Shown here: one piece after another, positions 13,556 through 24,740 of the stretch
Layout: each line of letters begins with the position of its first letter
How positions within the stretch are numbered: the stretch's first letter is position 1
From: Takakia lepidozioides
Taxonomy: Eukaryota > Plantae > Bryophyta
Assembly: GCA_030704615.1 (NCBI GenBank)
Contig: CM060731.1
Location: forward strand, 64,728,001-64,792,000
Length of the DNA stretch: 64,000 nt
Direction: 5' to 3'
Position numbers and translations under genes: made by a program
The notes under the pieces: model-generated
The model's database searches: none
Told to the model about the DNA's origin: nothing
What the model saw: the letters and a program-made list of their open reading frames with translations, nothing else

Positions 13556-13639
13556 GAGACAACTGAGAGACAGCTGAGGGACCAAAAATACAAAGGGTCG
13601 GCCAGCGCCCTCCGACTCCCGAGCAGCCTGGCAGCTTAC

Positions 13640-13850
13640 ACTAGACCTGTCGGTACCATAGTGTACTGGTCAGTTGATCCAAAAGGGGGTGTTGGACCCT
13701 TTTCAATTCGCCCATGTGAGTTGGGGTTCAAATCCTGCTACCTTAAAGTGTGTGTGGTATGTTCTGGTTTCACTGACCAGTCCTGTTCCTCATGGCTCGT
13801 TGGCAAGGGCCAGGTCTCCTTTATACCAAGGAAATGAAATAAAGTTAACA
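13640..13850 (+). mobile_element. Candidate tRNA-derived SINE
   Basis: B-box-like GGTTCAAATCC at ~13725, followed by GCTACC..GTGTGTGG..TGTTC, similar to 51220-51260. A-rich 3' end. Confidence 0.3.
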
Positions 13851-14286
13851 AAATTAGCTGGGAAAATACTATATGCAGTATGCTCGCGGCGTGCCTTGGA
13901 ATTCTACTCTCCTTATGAACCTCTGTCTGCCGACTTCTATCTTGACTATCGCGAGTTAGGGATGACTCTGATGAGGTGTAGTTGGTCAGAGCTTGACAAA
14001 GTTCCTTGCAGCACTGTAAAAGTCCAGGTTGCATTTGTCAGTTGATGAGTGCGGAGAGAGAACTCTGTCGAAATCAGACGTTAGCTTTATATGCAAATTA
14101 TGAAAAAATAGCTAAACAATCCTTGAAAGATATGTCAGGCTGTTGGAAGTTATATGCATACTACAGAGGGAGACGCGAATTAGCCTCGGGGATGCAGGTG
14201 CCTAACTGAGATATGACGGAGGTGATGTGTAGTCGAACAGGTACACTGTTCTTATCGACGCGACTTCCGTTCCTCTTCCGTTGCTC

Positions 14287-16150
14287 ATGGCGTGCTGCTG
14301 CTGCTACTGATTGTTGTGGATGTGTGCGGTTGGTGTTAGAGTTCAGCCACGGTGGCCCTGCTGGTCTTCAAGGAGTGGCTCAAAGGGCTGGTCGACGACC
14401 AGCTCTCGGCCAATTGGGCGATCGCCACCGATGTCTCTGCTTGCACCTGGACAGGCGTTTCTTGCAATTCCTACCTTCAAGTGACAAGGCTCGAGAGAGA
14501 GAGACTGCCCGACTCTCAGGGTCAATTTCTTCCGAGCTTGGGTCAGTGCTCAATTTACTACATCTGGACCTGAGTGGTAACACTCTACGTGGGTCAGGAA
14601 ATCCTCCCCATATAGGAAACCTTCTCAATTTGCAAGACCTAGATCTCAACTCCAACTCGTTTATTTCTGGCAATGTTCATACCGAGCTGGAGTTGTTTAA
14701 TATTTCCAATTTGCTATACCTCGACCTCAGCCACAACGCCATGTCTGGGACTATCCCCTCCCAAAAAGTCTCAAGTGGTGAACCTGCAGTATCTAGATTT
14801 CAGCAGTATTATGTTCTCCGGAGGACTCCCAGCCGTTCAAACCATGCATGAGCTTCAGCACCTGGATCTTAGTAGCAATAATCTCTCTGGTTTCGTATCT
14901 CCAATGCTAGGCTCCGCTCTTTCCAAGGTAAGTTTTCTCGACCTGAGCAACAACTGTTAATCGAGGAGTATACGAGTATACACGTACCCTGATAGCGCTC
15001 AACCTTTAGATAAATAACTTCACGGAGCAGGATTTTCCTAGGGAGGTGGGCAAGCTAGTGTCAAAATTGAGGGAGTTTGAATGCTTCTCTAAGTAGAATG
15101 ACAAGGCCCATTCCTCCGGCTCAGCTAGGTCAGCGATAATTTCTTCTCAGGTGAGTCTCAGGTGCGATTCCCGACTCGGATTTGGTAGAAGTCTGATACC
15201 AGGAATTGTGGAATCAGTGGCTCCACACCTTCTTCGCTCTCTAACTGCATAGGTTAATATTCCTTGCCCCAATGTCGCTATCTAGAGTTGAAAATGATTT
15301 TATTTTCACTGGTTTTGACAGTTTCACTCTGTCTAAAACATGTATCAGATGTTATAACATAGAGTAGTGTAAACTTCTATGTGTCATAAATATATGTCAA
15401 GGCATATTTTCTTGCATGAGCTTGATCTTAGCTGGAATACCATGTCCGGTCCGATTCCAGACTCGTTTCGGCATCAAGAAGTTGAGAATGTGAATCTGGG
15501 TTTTTGTGGAATCAATGGCTCCACACCTCTCTAATAACTGCAGCAGCTTGGAGGTTAGTATCCCTTGCCCCAAGATCACTAGTACAAAATGGGTTTGTTG
15601 TCAGTATTTTTGAGATTTTCCAGTCAATTTGCTGTCTACACCAGTAAGTGATTTGATTTTTTTCCTTAATAATATATATCTAGTGTTGGTAATAATGTCA
15701 AAACATGTTTTCCTTGCAGGAGCTTGATCTTATCTATAGTAACATATTGACTCCGATTCCAAACTCCTTTGCGCATCTCAAGAAGTTGAGAAGTCTGAAA
15801 CTGACAGATTGTGGAGTCAATGGCTCCATACCTGCTTGGCTCTCTGCATGCAGCCTGGAGGTCCTTGCCTAAATCCCAAGTAAAAACGGTGTTTTTGACA
15901 ATTTCCTGCCAATTCGCTGTCTTGAATAATTTGATGTTCTTCTTTAAATAATTCTACATTTCTGGCAAGAATTGTGTAAAATTCAAAACATGTATTCTTG
16001 CAGGAGCTAAATCTTGGCGATAATATCTTCTGAGGCGATTTCCGGACTCGATTGGGCATCTCAGGAACTTGAGAAGTCTGATACTAGGAAGTTGTGGAAT
16101 ATCAGTGGCTCCATACCGTCATGGTTCACTAACTGCAGCAGTCTGGAGGT
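14287..16150 (+). pseudogene. LRR-RLK/RLP pseudogene with tandemly duplicated two-LRR exons
   Basis: LRRNT (ALLVFK...W....ACTWTGVSC) and plant LRRs (LDLSGNTLRG, LDLSHNAMSGTIP, LDLSSNNLSG) with frameshifts. Four ~290-bp exon+intron modules between 15130 and 16150 (ELxLxxN..GPIPDSxGHLxxLRSLxLxxCGISGSIP..NCSSLE|GT). Confidence 0.8.
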
Positions 16151-16379
16151 CAGTATTCCTTGTCCAATCATGCAAGTCCTTTGGGCTCCATAACTAAGAC
16201 CTACGCGAAGCTAAATATACCAATTATCGCCCTTGTATAGCTATCCCGTGCGCTTTCTTGCTTCTTCTCTCAGAGTACAGCTTATGTTGATTGTGCAAAA
16301 GACAATTCCGAGCTTGGATCCTACAACGCATACAACACTGGAGCAGACCCCTAAGAGGAATTCACTGAAACAAGGCTAG

Positions 16380-16525
16380 CTACCCCACCAGCCCTCAAAT
16401 TAATAGCTTGTGTAGATAGAGCACTCATGCCTCACCCGTGATCGGGATTCAAATCCTGATACTTTGTCACGTTTGGTATACTTTGGGTCTGCGGTTCAAT
16501 ATCCTTAATGCCTCCATCATGGCCC
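16380..16525 (-). mobile_element. Candidate tRNA-derived SINE head
   Basis: Minus strand GGGCCATGATGGAGGCATTAAGG (A-box-like) ... GGATTTGAATCCC (B-box-like) at tRNA-like spacing. Confidence 0.3.
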
Positions 16526-16974
16526 ATAAATAAAAGGGAGAACACTAGGAATAATGTAAGAACTTAACAAATAACCCAATTTCAACTTTGAATTCTGGAC
16601 TTTTGGCTTAAATCCGGACCAAACTTAATATATTACTGAATTAAAATTAATTCAAATAGTACTAATATTATGGTGTAATGTCTGAATGAACTTTGTGAAA
16701 TTACAGGTGACGTCATACTTGCTTCAAAATGTGTCATATGTGCTTGTGGAGTTGTAGTACTCAACAATTCATCGAACGTCCACTGGGAAGTCGAATGATG
16801 TCATAATATTACATTATACAATCACGATAAACAACTATGTCACATCGAACATCGAACATTGGCGACTCCGACTCTATCATACTCGATACAACTTGCTAAT
16901 TTTAATTGAATCTTCATGTTGACAAGCACATTCAGAGACAATGCCTTTGGAATGATGTTTTGGGTATAACAAGG

Positions 16975-17437
16975 GCAGTAAAATATTAGAAGAGCATGAA
17001 ACATTAGGAAGAGGTAACAGGGTAGTACAATAAGGTTTGGGTTTACGGTAAGGGTAAGGGTTTAGGGTTTGGATTTAGGGTACGAATGGACAAACAAATT
17101 TGGAAGATTCACACTCGCTAGAGCTAATAAATATAAGGGGAATTTGATATCCTTGTAATCATACCTTATCCAACAAAGAATATATTAAAAGAACATGAAA
17201 CATTGGAAAGAGGTAACATGGTAATACAATAAGGTTTTGAGTGTAACTAGCCTAGTACAACAAGGTTTTTGGTTTAGGTAACGGTAAGGGTTTAGGATTT
17301 AGCGTAGGGGTTATGGGTTTAAGGTAAGTGCATGTCAATCCAAAACAAAGGAAAAAAATAGCGAAAGGACAAGACATTTGGATAACCATAATGGTTATGG
17401 TTATGGTTATGGTTATGGTATGGATAGTTATGGTTAT
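16975..17437. repeat. Duplicated ~100-bp unit with telomere-like GGGTTTA motifs and a (GGTTAT)n microsatellite
   Basis: 16981-17080 resembles 17182-17320. (GGTTAT) run at ~17392-17436. Confidence 0.6.
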
Positions 17438-18424
17438 TCCCATTTGTAAAGAGAAAGGGAAGGGTTTCGGGGTAATGTCTCTCTATCTTTTGTGCATACT
17501 CTCTCTCCGTCATCTTCTTCTAAGTTTTGTGCCCAATTTTTAGGGATCGCAACTCAGGGAAGGTCGATGCAGCCATAATCAGATCCAAATACTCGTGCAG
17601 CTGGTTAGTGCACTGGGAGAGAATGAGATGCATGACATGCCTGAAATTTGTGAGAAAATATGACGTTAACGATGTTCGGGACCGCTTTAACAATTCTCGC
17701 AAGCGCAACATTAGCTTATGCACACTCCTTGTGGCCGCCTCATTCCACACCTTGCTTACCAGCCTTGCTGCGTGCTAACCATGCTGTCGTCAACCTCTTC
17801 TCTCTCTCACGGACTCTCTCAACAATCTTGCTTACGATTTTACTAGAAATTGAACGGAATTTGAATAACGGCTACTTGATGTTATGATAGATCTTATGGG
17901 CGCATGACCTTTTGTGGTTATTTTTATCATCATACATGATTGTGGCTGCCCAGACTTGTCAGGTTGATTTAGGATGGGAAGTGATTTTTTCATATTACTC
18001 AAATCTGTAATGATCACTAATATTGCTTCATGCACATTGTTTGATCATGCTGTTGGCTTGAGTTTTTATCTACCCATGTTTTATATTCTATTTTTTAATA
18101 TATATATATATACATACAAACTAGTTGATGAATTGTTGCAACAATTTTGCTACCATCAACTTGTCATTTTAATTATAAGTAGTACCCCAACAACATGATC
18201 TTTATCAGATGAACAGTGAGGTAACTTGTAGTATAGTGCTCACTTTTGTAGAGTATTTCTCATCCTTGTTGTATCTCTTTCGCTCCCATACATGTTGTGG
18301 AGGTTCTTGATGTACTTGATCTTAGTGGACGCAGATAGGTGTGGACACTCTCATTGTGCCATATCGGATGCTTCACATGGGCAGATCCAGGCACCAAATG
18401 CACAATCTGCTCGTGATCTTGCAA

Positions 18425-18536
18425 AACGGCCTTAACGCGGATGACATGTGAAAAGCTCAAATAACTTGGCATAGCTGTAAACGGCCTTAACGCAGATGAC
18501 ATGTGAAAAGCTCAAATAACTTGGCATAGCTGTAAA
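18425..18536. repeat. 56-bp tandem duplication
   Basis: AACGGCCTTAACGC[G/A]GATGACATGTGAAAAGCTCAAATAACTTGGCATAGCTGTAA x2. Confidence 0.9.
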
Positions 18537-21500
18537 CATTCTTGGCGGATCTGGCGAGAGGCTTCGGCGGCTGATGGAGCAACCTGGTAGTTCCCAACCA
18601 GGGCACAAACCTTTGCGACTGCTGCGGTGCACGTCCTGTCCCCAGAAACAAGACTCCACAATATGACGTAGGGTCAAAGTGAAGTAGTAAAACAATGTGC
18701 CATAACTGGCACGAACATTCTTACCGGATGCATCTGAATCAACAACACAACACCCCACGAGAGACGACAGGGGAGGGAACTTGACAATTGAGTAGATTAG
18801 TACTTACATTTTTCTGATGACAAATGAAATTTTCAGGTATGAGGCTTGTCCTAGTAAGAGGAGCACTAGAACATTTACCAAGGATCTGAAGCTTTCATAG
18901 CTTTGGCCTTGCCGGAGAGGGTTACTGGCTTACATCCATCATGGTAGTGGTCATTTAAAACTAGTCTTTATCTCCACTCCAGTAACTTGAGATCAGATAC
19001 CCTGCAATTACTTGTGGACCTCCAGCTTGTTCAATTCGTATAGTTCACTTGGTATATAGATACTGGTCAGATAGGGAAAGAATCACATATCATTGGTATT
19101 CATCAATTTGGATTTATAGGACTTCAAGTGGGGTATATGCCCAAATTGACAAAATACAACTTCGAAGGTCATCTTCTCACTGATCTGCATGAACAAACAC
19201 AAAAAACCGTTACTCAATCAGTATTGGCAACCTTACCCATGTACAACACATCGCATATCAACACTGCTTGTGGGCTTAAGATCGACATACAGTATGTCAT
19301 TTTCAAAAGAAGCCACAAAAACTTAATTCAACATGTAAAGAAACTTACCAGAATCACCACTCCTCACACAAATTAGAGAAGAAACAAACGCCGCCGAGCA
19401 GACGGGAACCTGCAGAAGGACACATTTGAGGTGTGGTTGTGTCTAGGAGAGGTTTGGAGGGAGTGTTTGGGAGTGGTGTTGAACCGTTACTCGTGTGTAG
19501 GAGGATCGTGTTGCTGATTGCGCTGTGAGTGAGGTTGTTGCTTCTTGGGGAGTTAGGAGAGAGAAGCTCCGAGACGCAAGGGAGCGGGGGTTTATTGTAG
19601 TGGTTGTACGAGTGTAGGTTTCATTTAGTGCAAATCAGAAAAAAAATTCTTGTAGCTAGCTGTACTCGCTAACTTGAGAGAAAAGAAAAAATTGTAGCCA
19701 CACGAGACAATTGAGATTGAATCTATGGTACTAAAGAGCAAATCTTTCTTTCATCGACCTCCTCCGCACTCCCTCAACCTTTATGAGAACCTTACCGATC
19801 TCCTTGTGGATTTTCACCCACTCATTATGCAAAAACTAGCTGTTACATAAGCCCCATGTTCTTAATTCCAACGTTTTGATTGATAAACTGAGTCTCAAAA
19901 ACAAAATTGTCTTGGGCAAAATGACTCATATTAGGCTTTACCTATCTTATTGTCCATCATGATGGCATGAACTGCTGCTAGTAGCCTTTGCCCAAGAGTA
20001 TGCATCACATATTGTCCATATGTCTGGCTATGATCATATATGGATTGATAGTTCATCTCAGCAATTATACCATAAACAAGTTTTGCTCCACTTTTAGTAA
20101 TGTTTAATATTCAAAACATGAAACATCTAACATGTATATATGTCTCACTCTAGCAATTTTCATGATAACACAAAACGTATGATGCTTCTACAGAGACAAA
20201 CAACATTGTACAAGTCGATAGAAGCCATTGATTGTTCATTGACTTATTAGATAGATATATGAATAAAGAGTGTTTTTAATCAATGACTTAGAGGGTATAT
20301 ATATCCAACAGTGGTGTAAGTTTCAGCTTGTTGTTTGATCTAAGCGAAGACACAGTCAAAAGATTTGAGCGAAGAGTCTTTAAATTGAAAGATTTGTAAT
20401 GTTCAAGTCTGGTGCGGCGATCTGAACTTGTCATGGCCTATTTACAAATTGGAGACTCCCCAGATTTGATCCTTTTGTGGGCCATTTATTCTCCAAATGG
20501 CATCTCATACTTGACTTTATAATTATGATTTGCTTATGTCTCGTACATAGAGGATGCACAATATTTAACAACTTTGCCGCCAACAAAGTGTTTGTCAGTC
20601 ATGGTGGATATGCAAAGGTTCATTTTATGTATCTCTAACCAAGTAAAATAATGATATTATGCTTTAAGACTAATGGACTTTTCTTTACCTATTTATCTTT
20701 GAGACTATTGATAAACACCATGATATATGTCATGCTAGTTTCAAACTCCTTGATAATGCATCTAATAGTACATGGTTGCACATAACCATTAATATTGTAA
20801 CAAATAAATAAAATGTTAATGTGCAGTTAACTATGCAACACGCTGCATGATAGCTTTTTAACGGTGTTGAGGATATATTCAAATATGTTTCAGTTCTAAT
20901 AATCAACCCTTTTTATTTTGGACAAAATTTAACAATCCCAAATCCAGCCGTACTACATTTGCAAAAATATGCACTAATAGAATGTAAATCCTGAATGGAT
21001 TCCAATCATCTCATTTGATTATTAGGACACAATTTCCAATTCAATTAGTCACATCGGCTCAAACAATACATCATTCATAGGGTTAAACTTCAGCGTACAA
21101 TCACATGTACTTGTATACATGTCAATCTTTTAACACTAGGTCTCACTATCCCTACATAAACAAGATGTTTCTATCCACCAAATTTGAACAATCAATTCAT
21201 ATTTTATATGTGAATGTGACACATTTTATTTTTATTTTTGGAAAACCAAATAAAAATAAAATCTCAACAATCCAATGATAACGGAGCGGAATACTACAGA
21301 AATGTCACATTTCATATACTTCAAACATGATTGGTGTCATCAATTTTTCTAAATATCCATATGTGAATAGTCATGGCCCTACAATTATATTATATAATAA
21401 ACATACAACATCGTCAAAACATGAAATATTTTTATATCCCGGTGCTGAATATAAGTGACAACTTTCAAAGACTAAGTGACATACAATTGTTCCAATATAT

Positions 21501-22225
21501 AAACCTCTATCTCTTTCAATAACTAGGGGTGTTGGTAATTGGTGAGGAGGTGAGCGGACCAATATTTTGGTAAGCATAAAAGCAAAAGTGCATATTATGT
21601 GAGCACAATCTAAGATTTTCAGAGATAATAAATGATATGCTCACATTAATTTATATATATGAGCAGTTGGTTTTATATTTGTTTGGGTTGGAGTTTGGAT
21701 CGGGATTAGGTTGGGCATCATGTGGTTCTCTAGTGAACCGTAGGGTATCAAGCTCGAGCCTATTTCTGATCCTAAACCAAACCTATATCCGAATCCGTGA
21801 CAAACCTATAAACTTTGTCAAACTTACAGGTCTGATTAGATTGTCATGTCCGAACCTAAAAAAAATTGGCTGCTCACATGCTCTGGCCGCTCACACACGC
21901 TCACCTCCTCACCACCGCTCATTCCCGTCTTTTAAATGAGCTTTTATATCTTGTTGCAAACATTTCTTTTCAAAACAAGTCTCAAATAGCAATTGGCTCT
22001 CTTGCTTTGCTTTGGCACAACATAAGAGGAAGGTAATCCTAGGGAGCATAACTCGGCACAACACATCAATCAGCGCCTTGACAGGGTGTAAGGTGCTTTG
22101 ACCACATATTTGGCACGCCCCTTAATTGTAGTGAGGGAAAAATAACATCTTTCAAAGTAACCTTAGGCTTGGAACACAGAGCTCAAAGGGAACACCTCCC
22201 AATGAAAGGGGGAGAAGATAAATAC

Positions 22226-22579
22226 CAGTGTTGGGCGGTTATTTGAATTTCTTTTGGGGTTACCTATCCGGTTATATGTATATATGACCGGTGGAGGTGA
22301 AAAAATGAAGTAACCGGTCTAGTTAGGAACCGGCGGAGGTCACGCATTCAAATAACCGAGCAAAAAACCTCTTAAAGAACCGTTAAAGAACCGCCCAATA
22401 CCCGCGGTTATTGGATGAAAACCGCCGGTTATTTGAGGTTTTTGCAAGTAACCATAACCGGCAGGTTATATCTAGCCATAAAAAATTTAATAACCGCAAC
22501 CGCCGGTTAATAGCTTTCTAAAATTTGAAGCAACCAGAACCGCCGGTTATGAAAAAAATCAAATAACTGCCCAACACTG
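22226..22579. mobile_element. Non-autonomous hAT-type MITE (354 bp)
   Basis: TIRs CAGTGTTGGGCGGTTATTT / AAATAACTGCCCAACACTG. Perfect 8-bp TSD ATAAATAC (22218-22225 and 22580-22587). Many internal AACCG/CGGTT subterminal motifs. Confidence 0.92.
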
Positions 22580-22794
22580 ATAAATACCTCACCCAACAAG
22601 TAGCTTACGGTAGCCAAATCGCTCCTTGCTTTGCTTGGCAAAACAGAGGCGGAACTTTTGAAATTCTACTTACGTATAACCGCTCGGTTGGCATCACCAA
22701 CCCTGGATTGCTGACTGGGGAATTGAGTGTATGTTGAAAGGATTCCAGCCGAGTGCAGATCAGGCCCCGTTGCATTTTCAAGGCGGTCAAGAAA

Positions 22795-23518
22795 ATGTCA
22801 GTGGAGAAGGGTTCCCAGGGTGCTTACCCACAGGCTTCTGAAAGCCCCATGAAGGAGAATACCTTCAAACCGATCGAAGACACGGAGGACACAGAGGTGA
22901 GACCAACGCCCTCAATTCCAAAGATTCATGCACTACTTGTTTGAGAATTTATAGCTGCACTGTATTTCTGTCCGCGAAGGCAGTTAGACGTGAGAAGAGA
23001 GACAGGTGTGACCATCGTCCTTCGAATGAAAGGGCGCAACCTGATCCATGTTGGCCCCAACAAACATGTTGACGTGCTTTCTGCTACTTTCAGGAGATCT
23101 ACAGCAACTTTCCAGTGAGTTGAACACTGATCGGTGGTCAGCCACAACCCTGTGACATGACAAAGTCGCAGAGGGATGCAACGCTAGTTGGTGGTAATCG
23201 AGTCCATCAGGGGATGTCACCCTGCCCTAAATTCACACTTCGGCTACAGCAATGCAACCAGAGAGTGTTGTTATGAAGCAGATGACACGAAAGAAAGTAT
23301 TCAGATGCTGGAGAAAGAGTTGATGAAGTTGTTTCCGTGCTGATGTTGTGGATGGTTTGGGCCAGAGTGGAGGAGACAAGGGTGAAACCAGTATCGACAA
23401 TCTCACAGCAGACTCGGACGTGAAAGCGCCAGGGATGTTGCAGCGCGTGAAAGAGGAGGTGCAAGCGATTGGGGAGAGCATATATGAAAGGATTGTAAAA
23501 CCTAAGAAAGGCTCCTGA
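22795..23518 (+). CDS. Small 2-exon protein (84 aa) with a KAPxxxxRxKEExxAI motif of an uncharacterised plant family
   Basis: Exon 1 22795-22896 (MSVEKGSQ...EDTE|GTGAG) and exon 2 23366-23518 (CAG|SGGDKGETSIDNLTADSDVKAPGMLQRVKEEVQAIGESIYERIVKPKKGS*). Phase-0 intron, frames match. Confidence 0.65.
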
Positions 23519-24740
23519 GCTTGAAGGCTGGAATTTGAAGGCACAATGTGTCGGTGAGTTCAGCAATGAGAGGTCCACAGAGAATGTGCATTGATACTTT
23601 GTCTGTACTTCATACATATTTTTATGAGTGGCCCAGTGGCAGCTGTACTGAGGATTTCAGGCATGGCAGATTATTGTTGACACAGGTCTTCTGCTCAAAC
23701 TTCAGCCTGCCCCATTCCATGGTGCCGGTGAGCCGTAGCAGAGCTGTATGTACATATATAACTCTGCACGTTGGTTGAAAGTAACTGTCTTCAGTCGTGC
23801 AATAACTGAAGTGCACAGTTCAGCATTGATTGTGAATTGGCTATAAGTTCACTTACATTCTGCAGTTGCTGAAAGCAAATGGAGTCTGAAAGACTGACAT
23901 AAGGTTTGCCATGTGGTCTATATGACAATGCATACAAATTGGGGAGGTTGTGCAAGGTACTATGTCAGTGACGGCGTAACAATCTTTTCCAAAATATAGA
24001 CCACAGAATGTACTCATGGGAAAAGAGAGAATGTACTAGAGAGAACGCTGTGGTGATGGGTGATGGACCCGACGCTCAGTTTGGGCAGAACAAGGGTGAA
24101 CAGACACTGCCTTTGAGTGGGACAGCAGAGAGAGAGAGAGGGGGGTCCCTGCAAATACTGGCTCTGACATATCCAAGGTGTTGACTCCATATGATGCTGA
24201 CCCGGAAGGAGTCACAGATAAATAATTGAACAGGCTGTGTAACCCAGATGACTGCACATGGTGGCCACATCTGTTGACAATGGAGTTGCAAAGCAAGAAG
24301 TGTGTTTCCAGGTTGGTGTTGGCATCATTCTAGTAACCCACATGTTGATGAGGGCGAGAGACGTACAGTAGCTTTGTCAGACCCCCCAATGCTCCACAAA
24401 TATAACCTCCCATCTTTCTGAATGCAGATTTTGCTCTCATCATAACTGGACTCGAGAAATAATATCATGAACAGTTTGAATTGACTCTCATTTTCACATA
24501 ACACCCTCTCAACACAGCACTCGTATAGGTAATCCACCGGCTTTGATACTCCTTCTTTCCACCCACTGGCCCTTGGCGAAGACCATGACAGATGAGCAAC
24601 TAAAATCTCAATTATAGCTAAAAAAACCTCCAAGGAAGAAATATTGGTACACATGTACAGCAATAGGCATCCCTCTGAGCAGCATCCTCCATGCTCCACC
24701 AACTCATTGCCACAGCAGATATGTAACCAGTGCATGCACA

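Noticed and set aside
17030-17325. Interstitial telomere
   Set aside because: Only scattered, degenerate TTTAGGG units, with no tandem array.
16600-21900. Protein-coding genes in the AT-rich block
   Set aside because: Short ORFs with no recognisable motifs. Probably decayed TE sequence that I could not classify.
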